From Candidatus Aminicenantes bacterium (GTDB taxonomy: Bacteria; Acidobacteriota; Aminicenantia; Aminicenantales; UBA4085), in assembly GCA_017883285.1 (NCBI GenBank), contig JADGNV010000098.1, positions 244-64,243 of the forward strand: 64,000 bases of DNA, read 5' to 3'. How positions within the stretch are numbered: position 1 is the stretch's first letter; the number at the start of each line of letters is the position of its first letter. This document shows, in pieces, positions 50,915 through 60,685 of this stretch. The notes below the pieces were generated by a model. It saw only the letters and a list, made by a program, of their open reading frames with translations, was not told the DNA's origin and made no database searches. The position numbers and the translations under genes are program-made.

Positions 50915-53860
50915 TCAATTTATTAATGCCTTTTTCCCCGCCTCTCCTGAGACAACCATCCCCGCCCAATAATACGGATGCTCGGCCTCCTTGCCCCCGA
51001 TCATCTCCAGCTTCGCCTTCCGCAGCGCATCCGCGATGGGCGTCCCCTGCCGTAGGAACCCGTAAAACCGCTCCATGAACTGGGCGCCGGCGCGGTCGTC
51101 CACCTCCCAAAGGCTCATCATCACCGCCGAGGCGCCTGAATAAAAGAAGGCCCGGCTCAGGCCCTCGAGGCCCTCGCCCCGGACGAGTTGCCCCCGGCCC
51201 GAACTGCAGGCCGAGAGGACGACGAGGTCGGCCCGCATCCGGAGGTTGTAGATTTCCCGCATCTGGAGGAAGCCGTCGTCCGGGGAGTCGGGGTCCTGGG
51301 CGAGGATGACGGCCGAGCGCATCGGGTTCTGGTCGTTGATCAGGCCGTGGGCCGCGATGTGGATGATGCGGAAGTCGTCGAGGTTCAGGCGCTTGAGCGT
51401 CCGCTCGGAGGCCTGCTCCCGGACGAAGACGTCGGCGCGTTCCGCGGGGAAGAGGGCGGCGATCCTTTGGACCTCGGTCCCGCTGAATTTCAGGCGGGGG
51501 AAGACGAAGCTGGAGGGAAAGTAGTCCGGGGAGGGCGCGGCGGCGGCCGCGGATTCGTTTTTCCCGTAGTAGGGGTCGCCGAGCGCCAGGAGTTCTTTGG
51601 GGGGAGGGGTGGTGCGGAGCGCCGCGCGCTGGCGGATCTCGCGGAGGGACGAGAGCGAGGGGGCGTAGGACACGGCGCAGCGCTCGATCAGCCATTTCCC
51701 GTCGGCGGTCCGGAGGGCGTCGAAGGGGAGATAGGCGAGGGCGTCGTCGGGGACGATGATGAGGCTGCGGATGGAGGACGGGAGCGCGGCCGGGGCGACG
51801 AGCTCGGCGTAGAGGTCGCGGCCGGCCGAGAAATCGCGGCCGTCCTTATCGGAGATCGCGCGGAGATAGGCGGCGACCTTGGGCAGGAGGTCCTTGCGGG
51901 GGGCGAGGGGAAAGACGCGGAGGGCGCCTTTCGTGAGGGCGAAGCCGAAGGAGCTGTCCTTGCCGACGGCATAAGCCAGGACGGCGGTCGAGTCGTCGAG
52001 AGACGCGCGGGCTTCGGCCGCGGTGATGATCTCGGGATACTTGAGGTCGGCGTAGGCGGGGTCGGCCGCGCGGACCGTCCGCTTGAATTTCTCGTATTCG
52101 ACCTCGGATCGGCCGAGGCGGTCGGCGATGTCCTTCTTCTGGGCGGGCGAGAGATCGGGCGTGAGGAGCTTCTTGTAGAGGGCCGCGATCTCGCCGTTGA
52201 TCCGGTTCTCCTCGTTCGTGAGGCGGGCGTCGATGCCGCGGGAGACCGCGATCTGCGCGACCTCGAAGCTGTCGAGGAACGCCCGGGCCTTGGCCTTCTC
52301 GAGGACGGCGAAGGCCTCGGCGTCGCGGCCGGCGGCGGGGGAGGATTGGTTAAGGCGGACGAGGAGGTCGATCAGCCCGTAGTAGGCCTCGATCCGCTTG
52401 TTCGTCCCGAAGAAGCTCGCCTTGAGCTCCTCCAGGCCGAGGGAGGAGCGGACGTTCTCGATCACGGCGATCGAGCTCCGGTAGTTCGACAGGGCCTCGT
52501 CGGTCCGGCCGAGCTTCTTGGTGGAGTTGGCCAGGTCGAGGAACGCCTCCCACAGGATGCGGCCGGAATCCACCTTGAGCCCCAGGTCCACGGCCTTCTG
52601 GAAATACTTGGTCGAGGTCTCATAGTCGGCGAGGGCGTAATAGACGATCCCTACGTTGTTGAGGATGAAGCCGAGCGTTTCCGAATCGGAGATCTGCTCG
52701 GCGAGCTTCAGGCTGAGGTTGAATTTCGCCAGGGCCTCGGGGTATTTGCCGAGGTCGGTGTTGACCGTGCCGAGGTTGTTGAGGACGCGGATCCGCGTTT
52801 TAACATCCTTGGAATTCTCGACGAGGGCGTAAGCTTTCTCGAAATACTCGAGCGCGCGGGCGAAGTCTGGGCGGCTGCCGGAGAGCAGGCCCCGCTTCCG
52901 GTGGTTCGCGCCGATGTTGTTGAGGTCGATGGCGGCATAGGCGGGGCCGAACGCCTTCTCGTCGAGGGCCAGGGCCTTTTCGAAATATTCGAGCGCTTTG
53001 TCGTAATTGCCGAGGGCGTTGTAGATGATGCCGAAGTTGGTCAGGACTTCGTTCTGGCCCTGGGCGTAGCCGACCTGGACGGCCGTCTCGTAGGCTTGAT
53101 CGCAGAAGGCCAGGGCCTTTGCGTAATTCTCGGTTTTCAGGTAGTAAACGCCCAGGTTGTTCAGGCAGATGCTCTCGTCCTTGCGGAGCTTGATGGCCCG
53201 GGCGATGGCCAGCGCCTCCTCGTTCAGGCGCTTGTATTCGACGAGGTCGTTTTGGCCGAGAAGGCAGACGCTGAGTTGGCGGAGGCATTTCAGCTCGAAG
53301 TCGGGGCTCTTGAGGGCGCGGGCGAGGTCGATGGCGCTCCGGAAGGCCGCGCTCGATTTTGGGCAGTCGCCGTCGTCGTCGCGGTGCGCCCGGGCCTCGT
53401 TGTAGAGGCGGAGGATGGAGAGGGCGGTCCGGCAGTCGGCCTCGGGCTTCGAGAGGCGGGCGGCGGAGGCGCGGACGAGCGCTTTTTCGTAGGCGGCCTG
53501 CGACTCCGGGAGGAGGCCGAGGTTCCAGAGGACAAGGCCGAGCTTCATCGAGGCTTCGACGTAGTCGGGGACGAGGGCGGGGGAATGGATGGGAGTGGGC
53601 TGGGCGGCAGCGGCGAGCGCGCTTTGCAGGATATCCGCGGCCTTCTCGAAATCGCCCGCCTTGCGGAGCGATTCGGCGAGGTCGATTTGTGCGCGAAGGG
53701 AATCGGCCTTGGGCGACGGGGCAGCTTTAGTTTGGGGCGGGGATACGTTCGGCTCTGGAAGGAGAGAAAAAGCAGCCGGGCCGGGGGCCGCACACCAAAT
53801 AATCGCGAGGCAGATCAGGAGAGGATGGAATCCGAATCGATCGCCCGCCCTGAGTCTCAA
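50915..53860 (-). CDS. Secreted TPR-repeat + CHAT (caspase-like) domain protein
   Basis: 981 aa with a signal-like N-terminus and many TPR units (NNLG.VY...G.Y..AL..). The C-terminal CHAT domain has IIHIAAHG and LVVLSACSSGRG, the His/Cys dyad context. Confidence 0.9.
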   Translation of the reverse strand: MRLRAGDRFGFHPLLICLAIIWCAAPGPAAFSLLPEPNVSPPQTKAAPSPKADSLRAQIDLAESLRKAGDFEKAADILQSALAAAAQPTPIHSPALVPDYVEASMKLGLVLWNLGLLPESQAAYEKALVRASAARLSKPEADCRTALSILRLYNEARAHRDDDGDCPKSSAAFRSAIDLARALKSPDFELKCLRQLSVCLLGQNDLVEYKRLNEEALAIARAIKLRKDESICLNNLGVYYLKTENYAKALAFCDQAYETAVQVGYAQGQNEVLTNFGIIYNALGNYDKALEYFEKALALDEKAFGPAYAAIDLNNIGANHRKRGLLSGSRPDFARALEYFEKAYALVENSKDVKTRIRVLNNLGTVNTDLGKYPEALAKFNLSLKLAEQISDSETLGFILNNVGIVYYALADYETSTKYFQKAVDLGLKVDSGRILWEAFLDLANSTKKLGRTDEALSNYRSSIAVIENVRSSLGLEELKASFFGTNKRIEAYYGLIDLLVRLNQSSPAAGRDAEAFAVLEKAKARAFLDSFEVAQIAVSRGIDARLTNEENRINGEIAALYKKLLTPDLSPAQKKDIADRLGRSEVEYEKFKRTVRAADPAYADLKYPEIITAAEARASLDDSTAVLAYAVGKDSSFGFALTKGALRVFPLAPRKDLLPKVAAYLRAISDKDGRDFSAGRDLYAELVAPAALPSSIRSLIIVPDDALAYLPFDALRTADGKWLIERCAVSYAPSLSSLREIRQRAALRTTPPPKELLALGDPYYGKNESAAAAAPSPDYFPSSFVFPRLKFSGTEVQRIAALFPAERADVFVREQASERTLKRLNLDDFRIIHIAAHGLINDQNPMRSAVILAQDPDSPDDGFLQMREIYNLRMRADLVVLSACSSGRGQLVRGEGLEGLSRAFFYSGASAVMMSLWEVDDRAGAQFMERFYGFLRQGTPIADALRKAKLEMIGGKEAEHPYYWAGMVVSGEAGKKALIN

Positions 53861-54106
53861 GCTTCTTCCGCCATGGCAATTTCCGCGTGGGAAAACGCAT
53901 TGTCATTCCCTGGCGGCGACAATGATAGCGAAATCCGCTGGAAAAAGGAAATAGAGGCGCGGCGGGCGTGGAGCCATAGAACCGCGGACTCGCGGCGCGC
54001 GAGGCGCCTAACTATAGATCTTCGCGGTCCCGCGTGCGCGGCGGAATGCGGGATGCTCCCTGCGGAGGAAGCCGAATACGGCGCTACGGAGTGCTTTGGA
54101 TTCCGA

Positions 54107-54388
54107 TCAGTTCCCCGTTCCCGGTTTCGGGATCTCGATGACGTCGGTCGGCCGGACCTTGCCGCCGTTCGGGCCTTTGGCCGGCGTCGCGGAAACGGTT
54201 CCGAGGTCGACGATCGAGCCCAGGTACGGGAAGGCGGACGAGATCAGCAGCGAGGGCAGCTTGACGAGCTGGATGATGCTGACTTTGGGGGCTTTCCTCT
54301 CGGCGGAGTTCATCGTGGGGACGGCCACCAGAATGAACCCGAGGCAGAGAAGCGCGGCGACGGATTTTCTCAAGAAGCTTTTGTTCAT
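54107..54388 (-). CDS. Small secreted protein upstream of the CHAT gene
   Basis: 93 aa with the signal peptide MNKSFLRKSVAALLCLGFILVAVP and AAGGAG upstream. Confidence 0.55.
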   Translation of the reverse strand: MNKSFLRKSVAALLCLGFILVAVPTMNSAERKAPKVSIIQLVKLPSLLISSAFPYLGSIVDLGTVSATPAKGPNGGKVRPTDVIEIPKPGTGN

Positions 54389-54621
54389 GGGTCTTTCTCC
54401 TTACAGTACATTAGTCGGGCCTCAGGGCGGGACTGGGAATGCGTCGGACAGAGGAAAAGACGCCCTCCGCATCCCTTTTTCTCACCTTGGGTGCAACTTT
54501 AATCTAGAAAGAGAAGACCGGGAAGTCAAGGGGGAGATTTTCTTAGCCCTTTATTACAAAAGGGTTAGCCGCGATGGGCCGCGGCGCGCGTCCACTCGGC
54601 GCTGCTTGGGAGCGGAAAATC

Positions 54622-55026
54622 TCAGCCTTTGAAGAAGTAGTTGAGCTCCCATTCGGCCGTTTCGGGCGCATCGGAGCCGTGGGTGGCGTTGCTCTCGATC
54701 GAGAAGCCGTAGAGGCGCCGGATCGTGCCGGGCTCGGCTTTGGCCGGGTCGGTCGCGCCCATGACCTTGCGCCAGTGGCCGATCGCGTTCTCGCGCTCGA
54801 GGCGCATGAGCATGACCGGGCCGGACGACATGTAGTCGGTCAGGGGGATGTAAAAGGATTTGTCCTTGTGGACGATGTAGAAGCCCTTGGCTTCGTCCTT
54901 GGTGAGCTTCGCGAGCCGCATGGCCGTGATCTTGAACCCCTCGTCCTCGATCCGGCTGATGATCTTGCCGATGACGTTCTTCTTGACCGCGTCGGGTTTG
55001 ATGATGGCCAGCGTTTTCTCTATCAT
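54622..55026 (-). CDS. ndk: Nucleoside diphosphate kinase
   Basis: It has EKTLAIIKPDAV, GPVMLM and NATHGSD (active-site His). The start is at MIEKTL with AGGAG 7 nt upstream. Confidence 0.95.
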   Translation of the reverse strand: MIEKTLAIIKPDAVKKNVIGKIISRIEDEGFKITAMRLAKLTKDEAKGFYIVHKDKSFYIPLTDYMSSGPVMLMRLERENAIGHWRKVMGATDPAKAEPGTIRRLYGFSIESNATHGSDAPETAEWELNYFFKG

Positions 55027-55186
55027 GACGGACTCCTGAACTTCGTTGTTGACCGCCATTTATAGCCTATTCGGGGGGATTCGTCAATAAAGGATAGGCC
55101 TAAATAGGGGCTTGGGATTGAATTGCGTCCCCATCCGGTGTATCGTTCGGGCGAAACAGCGCGAGAAAAAAGCGGAGGTTTATCAA

Positions 55187-55735
55187 ATGAGGATGGAAGC
55201 GTTCACCCGCCTGGTTCTGGTTCCCATGTTTTACATGAGCACCGCGATCGTTGCGGCCGCCCAGCTTCCGCCCGCGGCCCAGGTTTTGCCGGCCGGGTTC
55301 AAGGTCATCGCTGAGAGGAACCTCGGCGGCTCGAGCATGATCGAAGCAACCAAGCCCAACGAGAACTTTCCCAAACCCCATATGGACCAGGGTATCCGCC
55401 TCGGGGTCAGCTGGATCTCCAATCCCATGGCCGCCACGACTTTGGAAATGATGGCCAAGCAGCCCGAGGAACCCGCGGGGCAGACTATGGGGATGACCCG
55501 GGAGGAGCCCGCCGGTAAACAGCGCTACCGCGGCGGCGTCCTCACGTGGCGGAAGGTCATCACACCGTGGGTGGGCTCGGGGAATGGACCCGACCTGGTC
55601 ACCTGGAGCGGCTCATGGGTGGGGGCCGGCTCCGGCGGTCTCCTGGGCGTCAGTATCAGCAACTTCGTCGGATCTAAGGAGGCGGCACTCGGTTTGATCG
55701 ACGGCGTCCTCGACAAGATCAACGTGCCGCGTTGA
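55187..55735 (+). CDS. Secreted protein, unknown function
   Basis: The start is at MRMEAFTRLVLVPMF with GGAGG upstream, followed by a signal-like segment. Confidence 0.55.
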   Translation: MRMEAFTRLVLVPMFYMSTAIVAAAQLPPAAQVLPAGFKVIAERNLGGSSMIEATKPNENFPKPHMDQGIRLGVSWISNPMAATTLEMMAKQPEEPAGQTMGMTREEPAGKQRYRGGVLTWRKVITPWVGSGNGPDLVTWSGSWVGAGSGGLLGVSISNFVGSKEAALGLIDGVLDKINVPR

Positions 55736-55796
55736 GAACTAAGGCGGATTAACGATAGAAAAAAGCGGCGGCGCTCAGGCCGGCGCGAGTGTCCGG

Positions 55797-56192
55797 CTAT
55801 TCGCCTTCCCAAACCCGCAGACCGGCCACGGCCTGAAAATGGCCGTCATACGTCACGAGGACCGATCCCGTTTCGAGCGCGTGGGCGGCGATCCAGACAT
55901 CGTTCACGGGGATGGGCTTGCCCGCTTTCCGGAGCGAGTCTTTGACGATGCCGAAAATCTCGGCGGTCTCCCGCGTTGCCTCGAGGACGGCGACGCTCGG
56001 TTTTTCGAGAAAACTCTCAAGAATGCGCCTGTTCTCCCGTCCTTTTTTCCCGGCCCGGAAGCCGGCGTTCAACTTGCCCAGGACAAACACGGACATGTAA
56101 ACTCGATCGGCCCCGGCCAGACTCGCGAGGACCCTCTCATCTCCGGCGAGGAATCGGACATAGGCGTTGGTGTCGAGGAGGATCTGTCTCAT
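55797..56192 (-). CDS. vapC: PIN-domain toxin (VapC)
   Basis: 131 aa with ILLDTN near the N-terminus and later DVWIAAHA and TYDGHF. It has a 4-nt overlap with the upstream antitoxin gene. Confidence 0.88.
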   Translation of the reverse strand: MRQILLDTNAYVRFLAGDERVLASLAGADRVYMSVFVLGKLNAGFRAGKKGRENRRILESFLEKPSVAVLEATRETAEIFGIVKDSLRKAGKPIPVNDVWIAAHALETGSVLVTYDGHFQAVAGLRVWEGE

Positions 56193-56443
56193 CGCCAGTC
56201 GCTCTCGTCGATCCGCTCCAGGTCTCCGATGGCCTCGAGAAAGCTCTTCGCTTCCTCGGCGGTCCAGATGCCGCAGAAGTCCGCGAATTCCTGGCGATTG
56301 TCCTTTTTCCGAGGGTCGAGGCCAAGCGATCGGTCGATCAGTTCTTTCATCACTTTATTGACGCTCCGGCCTTCGCCTTTGGCTCGTTTTCGGATCAATT
56401 TCGCCGCCTCTTCGCTTACGCCGTGGACCGTGATCGATTTCAT
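56189..56443 (-). CDS. vapB: VapB-type antitoxin (RHH/Arc-like N-terminus)
   Basis: 84 aa starting MKSITVHGVSEEAAKLIRKRAKGEGRSVNKVMKELI. It is paired with vapC. Confidence 0.75.
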   Translation of the reverse strand: MKSITVHGVSEEAAKLIRKRAKGEGRSVNKVMKELIDRSLGLDPRKKDNRQEFADFCGIWTAEEAKSFLEAIGDLERIDESDWR

Positions 56444-56682
56444 GGTGCCTCACTGAATCATTAAATGATCTATAATGAACTGGATTATGCATCATTTCTT
56501 CGTGAAAGGGCAGGATATTAAGCCCGCTTCCGGGCGCGCCCAAGATTCCATTCCTCAAGGATTACCGCCCCTGGCTCGTTCTCGTGTTGGCGATGGCCGT
56601 CGCGCTCTACGTCATTTTCTCGATCGGGGTGATTTGACACCAATAATTATTCGGAGATAATCGGGGATACAATGGGGCCGAC

Positions 56683-57534
56683 ATGATTAAGAAGGACCGC
56701 CTGGACATGCTCCTCGTCGATCGCGGTTTGGCCGAAACGCTCCCAAAAGCCCAGGCGATGATCATGGCCGGACTCGTCTTTCACGGCCAGGAGCGTCTGG
56801 ACAAGGCGGGCCGAATGGTCCCCGTCGATTTGCCCCTGACCGTCGAGAAGCCTTTGCCTTTTGTCGGGCGCGGCGGGCTCAAGCTCGAGGAAGCGCTCGA
56901 GGTGTTCAAGATCGAGGTCGAGGGTCGAATCTGCACCGATATCGGATCTTCGACGGGCGGGTTCACGGACTGCCTTTTGAAGCGGGGAGCGGCAAAAGTA
57001 TTCGCCGTGGACGTCGACATCCGCCAGCTCGACGTGCGGCTGCGCGCCGACCCGCGCGTCGTGACGATCGAAAAGAACGCCCGCTACCTCGAACCCGGGG
57101 ACTTCGCCGAAACGCCGTCGCTCGTGGTTATGGACGTTTCGTTCATCTCGGTGCTGAAGGTGATACCGGCGCTGAAGAGGATTCTCGAAAAGGAAGAGGG
57201 GGTTGCTTCGTCGCCCCATATCGCAGGGCAATGCGGGGCTCCTCGCAATGACAGGGTGTTGTTGTCCCTAATCAAGCCCCAGTTCGAAGCGGAGAAAGGG
57301 CAGATCGGGGAAAAGGGGCTCGTCCGCGATCCGGCCGTCCATCGCGACGTATTGGCCCATATTGCCCGCGGCGCCGCGGACCTCGGATTCCGCCTTCACG
57401 GCCTCATGCTCTGTTCCACCCGCGGCCAGAAGGGCAATCAGGAATTCTTCGGATTATGGACGCCGGGCGGCGAGTCCCCCGCGGAGGAGACCGTGGCGAG
57501 TTGGATCGAGGCCGCCGTCCAAGACGCCCCGTAG
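56683..57534 (+). CDS. tlyA: TlyA-family rRNA 2'-O-methyltransferase (S4 + FtsJ-like), with an ~18-aa insert
   Basis: It has RLDMLLVDRGL, VGRGGLKLEEAL, DIGSSTGGFTD, DVSFIS and IKPQFE. The extra segment VASSPHIAGQCGAPRNDR lies between the last two motifs. Confidence 0.9.
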   Translation: MIKKDRLDMLLVDRGLAETLPKAQAMIMAGLVFHGQERLDKAGRMVPVDLPLTVEKPLPFVGRGGLKLEEALEVFKIEVEGRICTDIGSSTGGFTDCLLKRGAAKVFAVDVDIRQLDVRLRADPRVVTIEKNARYLEPGDFAETPSLVVMDVSFISVLKVIPALKRILEKEEGVASSPHIAGQCGAPRNDRVLLSLIKPQFEAEKGQIGEKGLVRDPAVHRDVLAHIARGAADLGFRLHGLMLCSTRGQKGNQEFFGLWTPGGESPAEETVASWIEAAVQDAP

Positions 57535-57569
57535 ACTTTCCGCCCTATTCTTCCTCGGGTTCTCTCTCC

Positions 57570-58847
57570 TCACCCGGCCAGCTTTTTTAGGGAGTCGAGG
57601 ATCTTGGTGACTTCCCCGTCGTGGTTGCAGATGTGGAACGAAACGCGGATGCAGTTGGCCCCGCCCTCGGTCACCGTCCGGACTTTTATCTTGTCCTTGG
57701 CCAGGTGCTCATTGACCTTCGTGTAGTCGATCGTCTTCATCTTGAAGCTGATCATCGACGTCCGGTAGACCTCCTCTTCTGGCGATACGATTTCGGCGCC
57801 GGGGATCTCCTTCAGGCCGGCGTAGAACCGCTCGGCCAAGGCATGGTTGTGCTTCCAGATGCGGTCGGTCCCGATGGTCGTCACGAAATCGATCGCCTTG
57901 CCGAGTCCGTAGAAGAGGGCGTCGTTCTGCGTGCCGAATTCGAAGCGCTGGACCGTGGGATGAAGGGTGAACTCCAACTTTCGAATGTCGTAGCTCTTGT
58001 TGGAGCCGGCGCCGACCGTCAGCGGCCGAAGGACGTCGAGCATCTCCTTCCGGACGTAGATGAATCCCGTCCGCTTAGGCCCCATGAGCCATTTGTGGGT
58101 GCTGCAGGTGTAGAAATCGACGCCGGTCTCGCCGATGTCGAACGGAACGCAGATCGGCGCCTGGGCGCCGTCCATGGCGAACCAGACGCCCTTCGAGCGG
58201 GCGAGCGCAGCGATGTCCTTGTCCGGAAAGCGCTGGCCCGTCGTGCAGGTGACGTGGCTGACGAAGATGAGGCGCGTCCGGGGATTGATGAGGGCCGCGA
58301 TGCGGTCGACGTTGGTCCGACCGGACGCTTTGTCGGGCTCGAAGACGCGGATGACGATGCCCTCGCGCTGCATGCGGTTGAGGAGCGCCGTGTGCAGGGC
58401 CACGTGCTCGTGGGTCGAGGTGATGACTTCGTCGCCTTTCTTGAGCGGCAGGCCGTTGACGATCATGTTGATGCCCGCCGAGGCGCAGTCGATCAGACCC
58501 AGGTCCTCCTTGCGGCACGTCTTGCCCAGGACCGCGGCCATCTTCTCCTTGACGCTCATCCACTCCTTCTCGTCGTGGCCGGCGCTCGGAGCGCGCTCTT
58601 CGCTCCGGCTCCACTCGTCGTAGCTCTTGAGGACGGGCAGCGGGCAGGAGCCGAGCCCGCCGAAATTCAGGTAGGTCCAATCCGGATCCAGGATGAACTG
58701 GTCGCGGACCAGCTTCCAGAAATACTCCTCATCGTCGCCCGCCGTGCGGAGAAGCCAACGGCCCAATTCGGCCGGCTTCAGATCCCGCGTGATTGCCAGG
58801 CTGCCGAGGATGGCCGCCGTCCCTTTGAAAAAGTCTTTTCGCTTCAT
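57570..58847 (-). CDS. Class V aminotransferase-fold PLP enzyme with export-like N-terminus
   Basis: 425 aa with MKRKDFFKGTAAILGSLAI and the PLP-lysine context YTCSTHKWLMGP. It is a paralog of 32858..34228. Confidence 0.85.
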   Translation of the reverse strand: MKRKDFFKGTAAILGSLAITRDLKPAELGRWLLRTAGDDEEYFWKLVRDQFILDPDWTYLNFGGLGSCPLPVLKSYDEWSRSEERAPSAGHDEKEWMSVKEKMAAVLGKTCRKEDLGLIDCASAGINMIVNGLPLKKGDEVITSTHEHVALHTALLNRMQREGIVIRVFEPDKASGRTNVDRIAALINPRTRLIFVSHVTCTTGQRFPDKDIAALARSKGVWFAMDGAQAPICVPFDIGETGVDFYTCSTHKWLMGPKRTGFIYVRKEMLDVLRPLTVGAGSNKSYDIRKLEFTLHPTVQRFEFGTQNDALFYGLGKAIDFVTTIGTDRIWKHNHALAERFYAGLKEIPGAEIVSPEEEVYRTSMISFKMKTIDYTKVNEHLAKDKIKVRTVTEGGANCIRVSFHICNHDGEVTKILDSLKKLAG

Positions 58848-58983
58848 GAAATATGATTCCTCCCGGATGGATGTTGGGTTACGCCCCTGCGCAAAATCTA
58901 CCGCCGCGAGAGGGGGAAGTCAAGTTCACCTATTTCCTTGTCCGGAAAATTCGGAAATAGGTATTGTGTCTCCGAATTCTTTG

Positions 58984-59505
58984 TTATTGCTTGGTGCCGC
59001 AGGTCGGGCAATAGGCGTGGGCGGGCGCGACCGGCTTTCCGCACTGCGGGCAGCCGGCCGGCTGCGGCGCCAGCGCGGGCGGGGCGGAGCGCGGCCCCGA
59101 TGCCAGGGGCGGCGTCGGGCCGGGTGCCGGCGAACCCGCGGTCCGGGCCGGATACGGATGGCTCGATCGGACCACGAGATAGATGATGAACCCGAGCACG
59201 TGGAGGAAGAACACGAGGATCGCCCACAGGGCCCCGTTCAGGCCGCGTTTTTCGGCATCGTTATGAACCCAAATCAGGATGGCGATCCCGAGCGCGAGCA
59301 GGGCCAGGCCGAAGACTCCGGCGAACCCGATCCAGGGCCAGGCCCCCATGTGGATCCCGCCGAAATGGGACGTCCACGTACCGTGGAAAATGCCGTTGAA
59401 GACGCCGACGGGCGCCAGGAATAGCAGCTTGAGCGGCCAGAGAAGCATCAGGCCGAGGAGGACGAGAAGGATGATTCCCAGGGTTTTTCCGGTTGAAGCG
59501 TTCAT
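58984..59505 (-). CDS. Membrane protein with C-terminal zinc-ribbon
   Basis: 173 aa with 4 TM segments, a Pro-rich linker and CPQCGKPV...CPTCG. Confidence 0.6.
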   Translation of the reverse strand: MNASTGKTLGIILLVLLGLMLLWPLKLLFLAPVGVFNGIFHGTWTSHFGGIHMGAWPWIGFAGVFGLALLALGIAILIWVHNDAEKRGLNGALWAILVFFLHVLGFIIYLVVRSSHPYPARTAGSPAPGPTPPLASGPRSAPPALAPQPAGCPQCGKPVAPAHAYCPTCGTKQ

Positions 59506-59728
59506 TTTGGCACCTCATCTCATTAAACGAAAAACGCCGGAAAAAGTTTCCGGCTGGTGGCCAGGTGCGGATCTGTCGGCCCGACGTCCGCAAGGACGAG
59601 ACCGCGCTCGCGGATATCAAGACGCAGCACGCCAAGGAAAAACAGGCGCTGACCGAGCGCCAGAAGAAGGACGAGGACTCCGTCCGGAGCCGCATTAGGA
59701 AATAGCGGATTGCGGCTGCGCTGAGCCT

Positions 59729-60625
59729 TTAGAAATAGTACGTCAGGGCCGCCACAAAGCGGTTGACGAACGTGTAGTTGATCCGGACGTCGGCCTCCAC
59801 GGGGATGGCGCCGTTGATGATTTCCTTCTTCGTCACCGAGCCCGTGGCGAACCTGTAGTCGATCCGCGCACTCAGCCGCTTCCCGAAGAACCACTCCAGT
59901 CCGCCGCCGAGCTCGAAGCCGATCTGACTGCGGCTCCAGGCGCCGTTGCCCTGATCGCTGCCGGGATCGGCGATCGAGAGGTCCTTGAGATACCCCTGCT
60001 TAAGGTAATCCAGGTTGTATCCCTGCGCCGCAACGTATGCGCTCGCCGGCGATTGGTAGGAAAACGTCAAATAGCCGACGCCGCCGGTGACGTAGATCGC
60101 GAGGCCGAGCTTGCGGAAAGGGAAGACGCCGAGGCGGGCCGAGGCGTCGAGGATCGAGATCTTCCGGGCGGATTGCGTAAAGTTGAGCGTCGTCGTATCG
60201 ACGCGGTCGGCCAGATGGAAAATCCCGGTGAAGGTCTCGGGCTGGTTCGCGAAGGACGCCTGGGAATACGAGATTTCGACGGTGCCGAAATAAATGTCTT
60301 CACCCGTCGCATAGCCGAAAGCGATGCCGGGCACGGTCTTGCCGGGGGCGAATTGGATGGAATCGAGGAGGACGACGGCGTACTGGAGATCGGTCGGCCA
60401 GTCGGTCTCGAGATAGTAGCCTCCGGGATAGGAGGCGTGCCAATAATAATTGGCCTGGGCCGAGAGATAGAACCCGTGCGGGATGCGGTCCCGATAAGGT
60501 TCGAGCCGCGGTGGGGCCGGCTCCGGTTTGCTGGGCGGGATCTGGGCCCGGAGCGTCGGGGCGATCAGGGCGGCCGCCGCGCAGACCAGGAGAGCGGCCC
60601 GAAGGCGATTTTTCGCGAACCTCAT
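59729..60625 (-). CDS. Outer-membrane beta-barrel protein
   Basis: 298 aa with a signal peptide, alternating beta-strand pattern and the C-terminus ...ALTYYF. Confidence 0.7.
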   Translation of the reverse strand: MRFAKNRLRAALLVCAAAALIAPTLRAQIPPSKPEPAPPRLEPYRDRIPHGFYLSAQANYYWHASYPGGYYLETDWPTDLQYAVVLLDSIQFAPGKTVPGIAFGYATGEDIYFGTVEISYSQASFANQPETFTGIFHLADRVDTTTLNFTQSARKISILDASARLGVFPFRKLGLAIYVTGGVGYLTFSYQSPASAYVAAQGYNLDYLKQGYLKDLSIADPGSDQGNGAWSRSQIGFELGGGLEWFFGKRLSARIDYRFATGSVTKKEIINGAIPVEADVRINYTFVNRFVAALTYYF

Positions 60626-60685
60626 GCAGTTCTCCTTACAAGAGAACCATTATAGCCCATTTCCGGAAAATTCGTGACTCGGCCG

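Noticed and set aside
53861-54106. Possible additional short-repeat copy (…cattgtcattccctggcggcgacaatgatagcgaaatc…) related to the tlyA insert
   Set aside because: Only the GTCATT.C core is shared with the tlyA insert. That similarity is too short to call by eye.
54540-54575. Hairpin TAGCCCTTT-attac-AAAGGGTTA as the ndk terminator
   Set aside because: The stem is short and includes a G-U pair, and there is no U-tract on the ndk (minus) strand. This is too weak to list as a feature.
59508-59525. TGGCAC string as a sigma54 -24 element
   Set aside because: The -12 position reads CTCA rather than TTGC, and no suitable downstream gene follows. I found no other TGGCAC-N5-TTGC match by eye.
59493-59705. 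70-aa Lys/Glu-rich ORF (…RKDETALADIKTQHAKEKQALTERQKKDEDSVRSRIRK)
   Set aside because: The C-terminal half looks coiled-coil-like and might be a small protein from a GTG start or a gene remnant. The N-terminal half overlaps the start region of the divergent membrane-protein gene, there is no convincing RBS, and I recognise no family.
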